NCBI GenBank assembly: GCA_965112735.1 | Contig: OZ218950.1 | Coordinates: forward strand, 310,001 to 374,000 | Length of the DNA: 64,000 nt | DNA from: Phaeosaccion multiseriatum | Lineage: Eukaryota > Protista > Ochrophyta, other classes | Direction of reading: 5' to 3' | Shown here: piece by piece, positions 38,714 through 50,571 of the stretch | How positions within the stretch are numbered: position 1 is the stretch's first letter | Layout: each line of letters starts with the position of its first letter | Notes under the pieces: model-generated | Seen by the model: only the letters and a program-made list of their open reading frames with translations | What the model was told of the DNA's origin: nothing | Databases searched by the model: none | Position numbers and translations under genes: made by a program

Positions 38714-41700
38714 GAGAGGCGAAGGGGAGGTGCACCCGTCCAGACACAAACACGCACCCGTCCCACACCAACAGAGAGATGCACGCACCTCTCAAACAGA
38801 TACACACATATAGACATACACACATACAGACATACACGCACACGCACGCACACACACACATCCCTCGACACGTACTTGAAGGCCTTGTTCTCCATGTTGA
38901 CGTTCCTGAACTTGTCGTCGTCCGCGCCCTTCTCCAACGCGTTCTTCACATAAGCCGCACACGTCTTCATGGCCACCCCGCCCTCTCCCCCTACCCGCTG
39001 CTTGGCTAGCACAGACACGGCCTTGGTGATGGCTGCCCTGGGGTCGGCAGGGGGCGTGGCTGCGACAGAGGCAGCGGCTGACGACGAGGAGGAGTTTGCA
39101 GCTGCTGCTGCTCCTCCTCCTCCTCCTCCTTCAGCCACCGCCGTCGGATCCCCGGCCGCTGCTTGCAGGCCGGTGGGGGCGTAACCGTCTACGCTGAGCT
39201 TGCCGGCAAGCTTCCCCCCCCGGGCTCTGCGCTCGGCCTTGTCCTGTTCGTATTGTTAGGGGGAGGGGAGGTGATGAATTGTTGATTCTCATTCGAGTTG
39301 ATTCGATGCATGGCATTCCATAGTAACCTCCCTCCTCCCCTCTTCTGCTGCCCTTACGCTGCCCTTACGCTGCCCTGCCCGTATGCCCGCCTGAACCCTC
39401 CCACCCCACCTCATCCCAGCCTACCTTGGCAATCTCTGCGCGCAGACGCTCCCTCTCCCTCTCGGACGCCTTCTTCTCCCTCTGCTGTGCTTCCCTGAGC
39501 CTCTTCCTGTCCTGCTTCTCGAGCTCCTCTCGTGTCTTGGCCATCTCTTTGCCGGTGAATCTCCTCGTCTTCTCCCTCGCAACATGGTCCACCTTCTCCT
39601 CCTCCTCCCGGGTCGCCCTTCGCGACGCGATTCGCTCCTTCAGAGCGGCGATTTTGGCAGCCTGTAGGTGTAGGTAGCAGCAGCACACCACAGCAGTTGG
39701 TGATACCGCACAGCACAGATGGCAAAAGCACAGCCGTGGGTGAGCAACAACAACGAAAAGAGGGGGAAGTCCACCCAGCCAAGAAGCAGTTAAGGACGCG
39801 TGTTTTCCGGCTTGCCTGAGCCCTTTCCTCCCTCCCTCCCTCCGTTCTCTACCTTCGCCCGCTTCGCCTTCTTCATGTCTCTTTCCCTCACTCCCTCCCT
39901 CTCCCCACCTCTCCCTCCTCCCTCGCTCCACCCCTCACCCCGCATCCCCCCCTCCCTCGTTCGCTCCACCCCCTCTGCTCACTCCACACACCTTCTCCTC
40001 CGGGGTGAGCGGTTTGATGGCCTCAACACTCTCACTGAAGTTACCGTGCTGCGTCTTGTGCGCGTGCATCTCCGCCGCCACGACATCCTTCAGCAACTTT
40101 CCGCAATCATCACACTTCAGACTGTTCGCCTCCCCCCCTCCCCCCCCTCCTCCTCCTCCCCCACCAGCAGCAGCGGCGGTAGCAGCAGCAGCAGCAGCCT
40201 CCTCCACCCCCTCTGGAATGGGATCGTCGATGTCTGCATCCTCCTGGTGCTCCATGATCCAGTTCACCGCACTTTCCAAGTCTCCCCCGCTGCCAAAGAG
40301 CAGAGCCTTCTTGGCCCTAACAGTGAGGAAGCCCATGTCCTCCAATTGAGATTGCACCGAGGGATCAATCGCCCTCTTCGGCACCTGTCCTCCGCAGCAG
40401 GCTGCTGCTGATGCCCCTCCTCCCGCCGCTCCTGCTACTCCTGCTGCTCCATCGTCCTTGTCCACCTCCATGGGCGCCACAGACACGTCTTCCCCGGCGT
40501 CGGCCGCGAGAAGCTTCGCATTCAGCTTGGCCTTGTCCGCGTCTGGAGGCGGCGGCGGAGTGCCTCCTGACGATGCCGACCCAGAGCCCCCCCCCCCCCC
40601 TCCTCCTCCTCCTCCTCCTGCTGCTGCTGCTCCTCCGAAGCGAGCAAGCCGGGCCGCACGCGGATCCAGAGGTACTTCTCCCCCTCCTCCTCCCAGACTG
40701 GCGCCTGCCCCCTCGAAGGAGGGCCGGACCTTGGCCTTGTGCTCGTCAACCTTGGCACGCACTTCGGCCATGTTCGCGCCTTTCGTTTGTTTGTTTGTTT
40801 GTTGAGGGAAGGCATAGGTACAGGCGCAGACGGGACGAAAAACGAGTGAAGTCAGGGAGTGAGGCTGATGAGAGGCAAAGGGAATATCAATAGAAGAAAA
40901 CATGGCAGCCTCCCCCGTCGCCCCGGCTTGGCTTTTGGCTCTGTCGCTTTGTTTGACATTGTTTGGCCACAGATCATTCGTTCGTTCGTTCGTTCGCTTC
41001 GAGTGCTCCCTGCCTGCCTGTCCTTCCTGTATGTCCTTCTCCATTGCACAAATCGTAACGTCGCTGAGTTATGGTAGGGGCTTAACAGAGAAGGCACCAT
41101 GAGCAGCACCATGCCTCTATCGCTCCTTCCTGAGCACAACACTCGCTCACTGGATCGCTCATTCATCGCTCACCTTGCACCTCGTCCACTTGCTGCCCCT
41201 CGATGTAGAAGCGGAAGGTGGGGAACGCCCTGACCGACAGACTCATGATGAGGTCCTGGCAGTCCGACTCCAGCACCGTACAGAACAGCACGTCCGGTGT
41301 GGAGGAGGCCAGCGCGTGGTACTCCGGCTCGATGCGCTTACAAGGGCCGCACCACGTGGCGCTGTGCGAGGGGGGTCAGGGAGAGGGCGGTCACGGTCAG
41401 CAGCACGGAAACGTGTGTTGTGTGCGTGTTTGTGTGTTGGGGTGGGGATGGGTAGGTGGCCTGGCTTCGGCTTTCCTCCGTTCACAATGCTATCTCTTGC
41501 CATCTCTCACTCGGAAGGGAAGGCGGCAATCGAGTCGCGTATTCCAGCACGTGATGAAGAGGACCACACGAGAGGATTAATAGGGTTGGACGAAGGTCCG
41601 CAGACGAGACCAAAGCGATGATATCGAGAAGCGCACCCCCGCCTTGTCCTTCTCCCTCCCCCCGCTTTCCTCTCCCCCCTTTCTCCCTATACTGACCTGA

Positions 41701-41776
41701 AGTCGACCACGACGAGCTTGCCCTTCGTCCGAAGCGCATCCTGAAACTCCGCCGTGCTAGTGATGGACTTCACCAT
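38365..41776 (-). CDS. Thioredoxin (WCGPC)-UBA-C2H2 finger-coiled coil-PUB domain fusion protein; multi-exon
   Basis: MVKSITS..LVVVDF|SATWCGPCK..AFPTFRFY..EVQG spliced in phase to GANMAEVRAKV. UBA SQLEDMGF..AKKALL..LESAVNWI. CDDC..H..H finger. PUB-like KTCAAYVKNA..KFRNVNMENKAF..LLKAAGF. Confidence 0.85.
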
Positions 41777-42019
41777 GGGGACCCCTCCTCCTCTCACAAT
41801 ACAAGGACTGCACTCTGCACTGGGAACAAACGTCTTCCCAAGAACAGCCCGGCCATCCCGCGGAAACTGGAAACTGAAAAGTCCACCGGGTGAGCCGCGA
41901 GGGAAACTTATACAGAGACGAGAGAAGAGAAAACACGTGTTCTATTATTCGTCCTTCTTTGTCTTGAGTCTGGATTGGTGGTGCGCGCGTAGCTGTGGAA
42001 GGGGTAGCGGCAGGCGACC
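41777..42019. promoter_or_regulatory. Putative bidirectional promoter (243 bp) between the Trx-UBA-PUB gene and PSMA5
   Basis: Head-to-head ATGs at 41776 (-) and 42020 (+). Confidence 0.6.
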
Positions 42020-43516
42020 ATGTTTATGACCAGGTGAGAGGGACGGTGGGTGAAGAACATCCACGAAGGGAGGACGAGCTTAGGCCTGTTGCCGCTGACC
42101 CTCGCCTCCAACGAGCATTACGTTGGCGCTGCTTGATAGATGCTGCCTGCAGCGTCTGCCGGCATTGCTTGCCGCGGAACGAGCAGCCAGAGGCGGCGAT
42201 TTGGCAAATGGATCACCCCCCCCCCCTTGGTCCGCTGTTGCGTAATCCCTTCCCCTTCGAGCGCCTATGCCTTGATCTAAGAGAGAGGATGGCATGTCCA
42301 CTGAGGCGCCCTCGTGCTGCTGGGCTTAAGTCATGCCTTTGCCACGATTCTAGAACTCCATGTGGCTTGCCAGTGCTTAGAGGGGGGAACGCAGCCAAGT
42401 CGCAACTGACAAAGCACTCGGCCAAGGCAAAGCAATGACTGGAATGACTCATACGCACCGACGGCTGTTATTCCTGCTGCTTATGCTGCTATTTCTCCGT
42501 CTTCTCTCCTACCCACCTGCTCATCCTTCCCTTCCCCTCCCCCCCTGTGACTCCCATACTCGCTCCTCCTCTTCCACCCTTTCTCCTCACATACATCCAA
42601 CAACAACTCTATTTGCCACCACCTCAGGAGTGAGTACGATCGGGGAGTCAACACCTTCTCCCCAGAGGGCCGACTGTTCCAGGTAGAGTATGCCATCGAG
42701 GCCATCAAGCTAGGCTCTACGGCGGTGGGCATCCAAACCAAGGAGGGAGTGGTGCTGGCCGTCGAGAAGCGCCTTAACAGCCCCCTTCTGGAGCCTTCGA
42801 GCGTGCAGAAGATCATGGAGGTGGACACACATATAGGCGCCGCCATGTCTGGACTCATTGCCGATGCCCGGACCTTGATCGACCACGCCAGGTAAGGGCG
42901 GGAGGAGCAGCATGGGGGATGCGTGTGTGTGTGTGTGTGTGTGTGTATGAGCCGGTAAAGTAAAGCGCCCTCTCTCTCCCGTCAAATCGAATCAGCGCTT
43001 GGTGTGCCTGGCTCTGATCGTCTCCGTCTCTTGTGCGTCGCCGCCGCCCCTGCTGCTGCCCTCGACTTACACAATGCTACTGCTGTACCACCAACTGCTA
43101 CTTGCTGCCCTTCACCCATGCAATACTGCTGCCCCCCCCTCTCAGAGTGGAGGCTCAGAACCACACGTTTACCTACGACGAGCCAATGCGAGTGGAGGCC
43201 CTGACACAAGCAATCTGCGACTTGGCCTTGAGCTTCGGAGAGGGAGGTGGTTCGAAGAAGATGAGCAGACCCTTCGGAGTGGCGCTGCTGCTTGCGGGAT
43301 ACGACGATAAGGGCCCACAGGTGGGTGTGGGTGGGTGGGGAGGTATGGGGTGGTTGGTTCACGTATATCCATGCCACGCGCACGCTCTCACAGCATACGG
43401 ATGGAGAGAGGGAGATAGATAAATAGGGAGAAATGGGTCGTGGGAGGGCGGGGGGGGGGGGGAGAGAACGAGGGAGTGCGGGCGGGTGTACGAGAGAGTG
43501 AGAGGGAGCGACTGAA

Positions 43517-43551
<35 letters not shown>

Positions 43552-43597
43552 ACGAGGGAGTGCGGGCGGGTGTACGAGAGAGTGAGAGGGAGCGACT

Positions 43598-43679
<82 letters not shown>

Positions 43680-44429
43680 GAGAGAGAGCGACGGAGGGCC
43701 GGGATTGCTCGTCGCTGAGTTGAGCTTCCCCCCTGAAGGGTCCTAAAGGGTGAAGGGAGACTGGATCTCCTCACGGAGGAGGAATAAGTGAGAGGAAGGA
43801 GGTCCTGAAGGCTGGAGTAGTTCAGTCATAGAGCAGCGCTGTGTGTATCAGCTCATCCCAGTCGTGGGAGACCCAAGGGGGTGTAACATACTACCCTAAC
43901 ATTCCTGACACACTCAGTCACTGACTCACTGACTCACTCACTCTTTCACCCACTCGCCTGCCTTTCGCTCTCTTCCCCTCTCCCTGCCGCCCTCACTGCG
44001 TCTCCTTTTTTCCTTTCGTGTCTCTCTTTCTCTCCTCTGTGCGTGTGTTTCTTTCTCGTGAGTGCAGCTGTACTTTAGCGATCCTTCAGGCATGTTTGTG
44101 CAGTACAAGGCAAAGGCAATTGGCTCCGGCAGTGAGGGGGCCCAAGGGACGCTCCTGGAGAGCTACAGCGACTCACTCACCCTCGAGGAGGCGGAAACCC
44201 TCGCAGTGCAGGTAGGATCGCCAGGACCGGTCGTTGTTGTGGTGTAGGGGTATGGGGGCATATGGAGGCCTCCTCGCCGCGCTCTCAAGCTTGTTCGGTG
44301 TTTTAGTTTCAGTGCCACTTCGAGTGCGGTGGCGGAGTGGATCAAATCAGTGTAGCTCACTTCGCCATCTCCTCCGCCCTCCCCTCCGTCCCTATCCAAC
44401 ACACACACACGCACACACACACACACGCG

Positions 44430-44475
<46 letters not shown>

Positions 44476-44630
44476 CACACACATACACACACAATCATAC
44501 TCACAGGTCCTGAAGCAAGTGATGGAGGAGAAGATCAATCACGAGAACGTCGAGGTAGCAAGTGTCACCAAGGTGAGTGCGCGTGTGGTGTGGTGTGGTG
44601 TGGTGTGGTGCGGTGCTTTCATTCGTTCGG

Positions 44631-44666
<36 letters not shown>

Positions 44667-45017
44667 TTCGCTGGCCTGAGACGGCGTGAAAGGCGAAGGG
44701 TGGAAGGGTGTTAAGCGCTTAGCTAGGATTGCTCCACCTCACGGGTATTAGGACTGAGACAAGCGGTGGCAGTGGATGGGGAGGGACACGCAGGTGGATG
44801 GATTGAGAAAGGGGATGGCAGTGGATACAGCAGCAAGAGCATAAGTCGTATATTGTCTCATGTTCACCCTTCTTTGGAACTGGAACTCCATGTAATCAAG
44901 CTCTCGTGTATCCTCTTCCGCCTCCCTTGGGCCCATCCACTACCATCCCCTCGGTAGGCGGCGGGCTATAAAGTGTACGACGAGGAGCAGCTGAACGCCA
45001 TCATCACTCGGTTGTAA
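42020..45017 (+). CDS. PSMA5: 20S proteasome subunit alpha type-5; 6 exons
   Basis: [36 protein letters not shown]..., [34 protein letters not shown]. Last exon 44958-45017. Confidence 0.96.
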
Positions 45018-46286
45018 GTCAGTGAAGGTGTTCTGCAACAGGGACCACGAGAGAGTAGAACATAAAGGGATGTATCTATGGATGTAGGCCGACGCCATCC
45101 ACCCGTCACACCGATGGGCAGCAACAGGGTCGAGTCGGAGAGGAGAGGACAGCCGTGGGCTCAGCGTAGTAGGAGGGGCGAGCGAGTCAGAGAAAGCGAA
45201 GGAAGGGAGAGGTGGGCGTGGAGCGGAGCTGAGAAGACGCGTTGGAACGATGTCAGATTAGGCTCCCGCAGGGGGTCAAGAAGGGGTGAGCATCCTCCGT
45301 TGGGTGTAGGCAATCGTCTTCAGGGAAGAAGCTGGAATAGAAGATGAGGGAGGATGGAGGGTGCAAGGGGCGGCGAGCGGGGCGACTGAATCCACTGGAG
45401 TAGCAGCACGAGCAGCGGTAAGACCAATCGCAGCAGCAGCGAGCAACAACCGCAGATGCAGCAGCAGTAGCTGGTGGGGGATTAGAAAGCAGCAAGTGCT
45501 TTGTTTTTGGCGCTTGTCGTCAGCAGCGCGTTGTAGCTGGTGCGGTGCGGCAGGGGGGAGGGGGAGGGGCATCAGCCAGCACCGGTGCTGGCAATGGCAA
45601 GCCTTCCATGAGGTGCAGGCTCGTCAGACTGGGCAGATGGAAGGGAGCATCGCAGAGGTAGAGCTTGGCTTAAGAATTGCTCGTATGCTCCTTGATGGTG
45701 ATGGACCTTTCACTCCTCTTTCCTCCCCCCCTCTCAGGTGGCACATAAGCTGTTAAGCATTTAATTTCGATAATTCACTCTCACCTCACTGCTATCGTAT
45801 GTGTTTTGCACAAACTGTCCCTTCCACTCCCGGTGTCACAGACGGGGATTAGCAAAGGGGGCAACAAGGCTCGGGGGGCCAATGAACGGAAACTGAAACT
45901 AAATCGCATGTTCCTGGGCTCCTCCCTTCTTCCCATCTCCCCATCTTCCCCCCTCCCTGACTTCAGACGGCGGCGCGGACTTGTTGGAAGCGTTCGAGTT
46001 GGCGTAACAAGCATTCGTTTGGTTCTCGAGTACCCTGGTGTCGTTACCACTTGGGCCAGGCGCTTGGGGACCTCCTTTGTCTTCAGACTGAAGCATTCAA
46101 ATGCAATTGTCACTCCTCGTCAGGATTAATAAGACCCTGTTTCTCAGGTGGATCGAGAGAGACAGTGAAAGAGCAGACGCAGTGGATGGACTTGAAGCCC
46201 CTTATGCCCTAAGTTGGATTTGGACCTGTTGAAGAAACGCAAAGGAGGTGCAAGGAGGATTGTTTGAAGGGCGCGGAGTTGTGAAA

Positions 46287-48263
46287 ATGCGGAAGAGGTG
46301 TACTGTTGAGGGGTGCGACAAGCATCGGCTGCAAGGAGGACTTTGCGTTGGGCACGGAGCTGTGCTGAAGAGATGTAGTGTTGAGGGGTGCGAGAAGCAG
46401 CGGGTCCAAGGGGGACTTTGCCAGGCCCATGGAGCTGTGCGGAAGAAGTGTACTGTGGAGGGGTGCGACAAGCATCGGGTCCAAGGAGGACTTTGCGAGG
46501 CCCATGGAGCTGTGGTGAAGAGGTGTACTGTTGAGGGGTGTAACAAGCATCGGGTCCAAGGAGGACTTTGCCAGGGCCATGGGGCTGTGGTGAAAAAAAA
46601 AAAGAGGTGTACTGTTGAGGGGTGCGAAAAGCAGTCGCAACGGGGGGGACTTTGCATTGGGCACGGGGCTGTGGTGAAGAGGTGTACTGTTGAGGGGTGC
46701 GAGATGTATATTAGAGCTTATGGGCTCAGTATTGGAGCGCTCGAGGTAAGTTGTAACCATGTGTAGATGCGTGTATGTGTGGTATTGATGGAGCGTGATG
46801 TGGAGGGGAAGAGGATGGTAAGGGTGGTAGAGTAGAGTAGAGGATAATGGGGAATGGGAAGGGAGTGAGGGGGGGAGGAGGAGATGAAGGGGTGTGGGAA
46901 GGAGTGAGGTGGTGGAGGTGATATGTGAACTATCCTACTGTGGGTGGTGCGGGTGACAAGGCGTGACTAACTGTGGTTGCTATGCTGTGTGCTGATGGTC
47001 TCGCTGTCTGCTGGCTGGTGTACTCCTGCTCCTCAGGCGGCCGCTCCGTCGATGGCTCCCATGAGCCCCCAGTCGAGGGTTTCTGCTGCTTCGTGCTGCG
47101 TCATGGTGGCTCGAAGGAGGGTGCCATACCTGATCTCCCGCTGTGAGAGGGCGCGTTGAAGGGCGAGGGACAGTTGTTGGCGCAGGAGGCCCTTGATGGG
47201 GCCCGTGGCTGCCGCCGCTGCGGGGCCGAGCCCTCTTGATGCCTTGTGGATGGCCATCGCCTCGATGAGCTCGTCCGTTTGGTGGCCCAGTCTGCCGTAC
47301 GTCTCGATTGCAATGCACTTCAGGGTTGAAGTCCCGGGCAGAAAACTGCCCAGGTAGTGAATGCGCTTGCGCTCTTCGGCGGCGGCTGCTGCGTGGCCTG
47401 GCGTGGTGGAGGCCCGTCCCACGTGGGTGGGGGCGGTGGGGTTGGTGACGGTGATGTGCGAGAAGCATTCGAAACAGGGAGGACTTTGCCTGGCCCATGG
47501 AGCTGTGCGGAAGATGTGTACTGTTGAGGGGTGCGATAAGCAGTCGCAACAGGGAGGACTTTGCCTGGCCCACGGAGCTGTGACCAAGAGGTGTACTGTT
47601 GAGGGGTGTGATAAGTATCCGAAGCAAGGTGGGATGTGCCAGAGGCATGCACGAGTGAAGAGGGAGGGGGCGGAGCAGAAGGAGGAGATTGGCCCGTGTA
47701 CGCCTGTGCCCAAGCGAGGAGCTGCGGAGGACATCAATGGGAGAGGAAGAAAGAGGGCAAAATGCGCCCCTTCAATGCCTGGGGGAGGGGAGGAGAGGAA
47801 GGAGGCACTGGAGGATGGGAATGGGGTGGGTTTGCTTGTGGGGCTGGGGCTTCATGTCGGGGACGAGATTCAGCTGCCCTGTGGCCTGTGGAGAGGGCTG
47901 GAAGATGGCGGGGCTGATGCTGCCACGGCCTTCTGCGGCCGTCGGGACAGGGAGCTATCCAATGGCGTGGTGGTGGCTGTGGGCCCGAGTAAAGTGTTGC
48001 TGCTGCCCCACCTCGCTGTGCGCACAAAGAGGAAGGGGGCGAGCCTGGAGAGCACGATCCGAGGCTTTGTGTCTGCCTACCACCGCTATCGCTCAGGAGA
48101 AGTAGGGGAGGATGATGATGACGACAAGCTAAAGGAGGAGTGGGCGGTGCTGGAGGAGAGCATGGTGACGGCGAGTGAGAAGAAGATACGCGGACGGAAG
48201 GCGCTGCGAGCGTGCGTGCGTGTGGAGGGCCCTGCTGCTGATACCTCGGGACTTGGGATTTAG
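46287..48263 (+). CDS. WRKY19-like Cys3His zinc-finger array gene A (8 fingers CxVEGCxK-x4-GGLCxxHG + ~190-aa C-terminal domain), interrupted by a retrotransposon in finger 6
   Basis: ORFs 46248-46766 and 47361-48263 join in frame once 46705-47463 (element plus one TSD copy) is removed. ~69-bp coding repeats. Confidence 0.85.
46705..47457 (-). mobile_element. 5'-truncated copy 1 (~750 bp) of a CRE-like RLE non-LTR retrotransposon
   Basis: Matches the 3' end of the 50831-57554 element (ITVTNP...ETYG). TSD GTGCGAGA at 46697-46704 and 47456-47463, with GT microhomology at the 5' junction. Confidence 0.92.
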
Positions 48264-49238
48264 TGACCCGATGGCCTTAATCCGCAGTGAAGCTTGGCAG
48301 GTGCAATGGGCGAACCGTAGAGATGTCAATTAAAGTGAATTACCCCACTCGCCGCACACTGTGCTTCACTGCGGGGGGGGGGGGGCGAACGAATGGTTTT
48401 AACATTCACAATGGACTTGGCAGCCTACGGGCACGCTGTGTGTGTCACTTGGCGCTGGAGCTGCAGAGATGACTTGGCACGACATCGGTTACAGGTATAG
48501 AAGGACGGCCTGATGGTAGATGGATGGCACACAGAATCCGAGGAGGGGGCTTGGAAGTGACTTGAAGATCGGGGGTGGGGGGAGAGGATCAGTGTATGGA
48601 TTGATTGATTGATTGATTGATTGATTGCACTCCCACTCGTGTCGACTGCAGCCCTGCCCCGTGTGTGTGTGTGTGTGTGTGTGTGTGAAGAGAGGAGTCA
48701 AGTCCAGGCATGGCCGCAAAGTCAGGCGTGGACTCGTCTCCTCTCTGCACATCACCCCACTTTACCCCCCTCCTCTCCAACTCACTCAACTCCACCTCTC
48801 CACTCCAATAGAGCCTCCAAGCCTCCACTCCACTGCACGAGCCGAACTAGTCAAGAGGGTGGATGCCTCTCCTCTCTTCACACCACTCACTCCACCACCT
48901 CTGGGATCTCTGTTGACCCCCCTGACCCCCCTCCCTCAACACCAGTCGGGTGCTCTTGCCATCCTTATACCTGTCCATGCACGCCTTCCTCTCTCTCTCT
49001 CCACTGTGTATTCGTGTATTTATGTCTTTGCTCTCCGCCCTCAAGGGGTGGCAGTGGATGGGGAGGGGCACGCAGGGGGGTGGATTGAGACAGGGGATGG
49101 CAGTGGATATGCAGCAAGAGCGTGAGTCGTATATTGTCTCATGTTCACCCTTCTTTGGAACTGGAACTCTAAGTAATCACTCTCTCGTGCATCCTCTTCC
49201 CCCTCCCCTCGGCCCATCCGCTGCCATCCCCTTGGTAG

Positions 49239-49298
49239 GCGGCGGGCTATAAAGTGTACGACGAGGAGCAGCTGAACGCCATCATCACTCGGTTGTAA
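49239..49298 (+). pseudogene. Orphan duplicate of the PSMA5 terminal exon with intact TAG acceptor
   Basis: 60 nt identical to 44958-45017. Confidence 0.85.
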
Positions 49299-50571
49299 GT
49301 CAGTGAAGGTGCAACACGGACCACGAGAGAGGAGAACAAAAAGGGATGTATCTATGGATGTAGGCCGACGCCATCCACCCGTCACACCGATGGGCAGTAA
49401 AAGGGTCGAGTCGGAGAGGAGAGGACAGCCGTGGGCTCAACGTAGTAGGAGGGGCGAGCGAGCCAGAGAAAGCGAAGGAAGGGAGAGGGGGGCGTGGAGC
49501 GGAGCTGAGAAGACGCGTTGGAACGATGTCAGATTAGGCTCCCGCAGGGGGTCAAGGGGTGAGCATCCTCCGATGGGTGTAGGCAATCGCCTTCAGGGAA
49601 GAAGCTGGAATAGAAGATGAGGGAGGATGGAGGGTGCAAGGGGCGGCGAGCGGGGCGACTGAATCCACTGGAGTAGCAGCACGAGCAGCGGTAAGACCAA
49701 TCGCAGCAGCAGCGAGCAACAACTGCAGACGCAGCAGCAGTAGCTGGTGGGGGATTAGAAAGCAGCAAGTGCTTTGTTTTTGGCGCTTGTCGTCAGCAGC
49801 GCGTTGTAGCTGGTGCGGTGCGGCAGGGGGGAGGGGAGGGGCATCAGCACCGGTGCTGGCAATGGCAAGCCTTCCATGAGGTGCCGGCTCGTCAGACTGG
49901 GCAGATAGAAGGGAGCATCGCAGAGGTAGAGCTTGGCTTAAGAATCGCTCGTATGCTCCTTGATGGTGATGGGCCTTTCACTCCTCTTTCCTCCCCCCCT
50001 CTCAGGTAGCACATAAGCCGTTAAAGCCTTTAATTTCGATAATTCACTCTCGCCTCACTGCTATCGTACGTGTTTTGCACAAACAGTCCCTTCCACTCCC
50101 GGTGCCACAGACGGGGGGGGTCGGATTATATAATTAGACCTTGATTAGACAAAGGGGGCAAGGCTCGGGCCAATGAACGGAAACTGAAACTAAATCGCAT
50201 GTTCCTGGGCTCATCCCTTCTTCCCATCTCCCCATCTTCCCCCCTCCCTGACTTCAGACGGCGGCGCGGACTTGTTGGAAGCGTTCGAGTTGGCGTAACA
50301 AGCATTCCTTTGGTTCTCGAGTACCCTGGTGTCGTTACCACTTGGGCCAGGCGCTTGGGAACCTCCTTATGTCTTCAGACTGAAGCATTCAATTTTCACT
50401 CCTCGTCAGGATTAATAAGACCCTATTTCTCAGGTGGATCGAGAGAGACAGTGAAAGAGCAGACCCAGTGGATGGACTTGAACCCCCCATGCCCCAAGTT
50501 GGATTTGGACCTTTTGAAGAAACGCAAAGGAGGTGCAAGGAGGATTGTTTGAAGGGCGCGGAGTTGTGAAA

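Larger units (their letters stand above)
44766..48290 (+). repeat. Segmental duplication unit 1 (PSMA5 last intron/exon + intergenic + zinc-finger-array gene)
   Basis: Near-identical to ~49049-60250 once the retrotransposon copies are removed. Confidence 0.9.

Noticed and set aside
39935-41044. Standalone UBA gene starting at 41044 or 40772
   Set aside because: It is a downstream exon of the thioredoxin-initiated gene. The in-phase splice completes the Trx fold (EVQG-ANMAEV).
46290-46704. CRISPR-like array
   Set aside because: The ~69-bp units are in-frame coding zinc-finger repeats without unique spacers, in a eukaryotic context with no cas genes.
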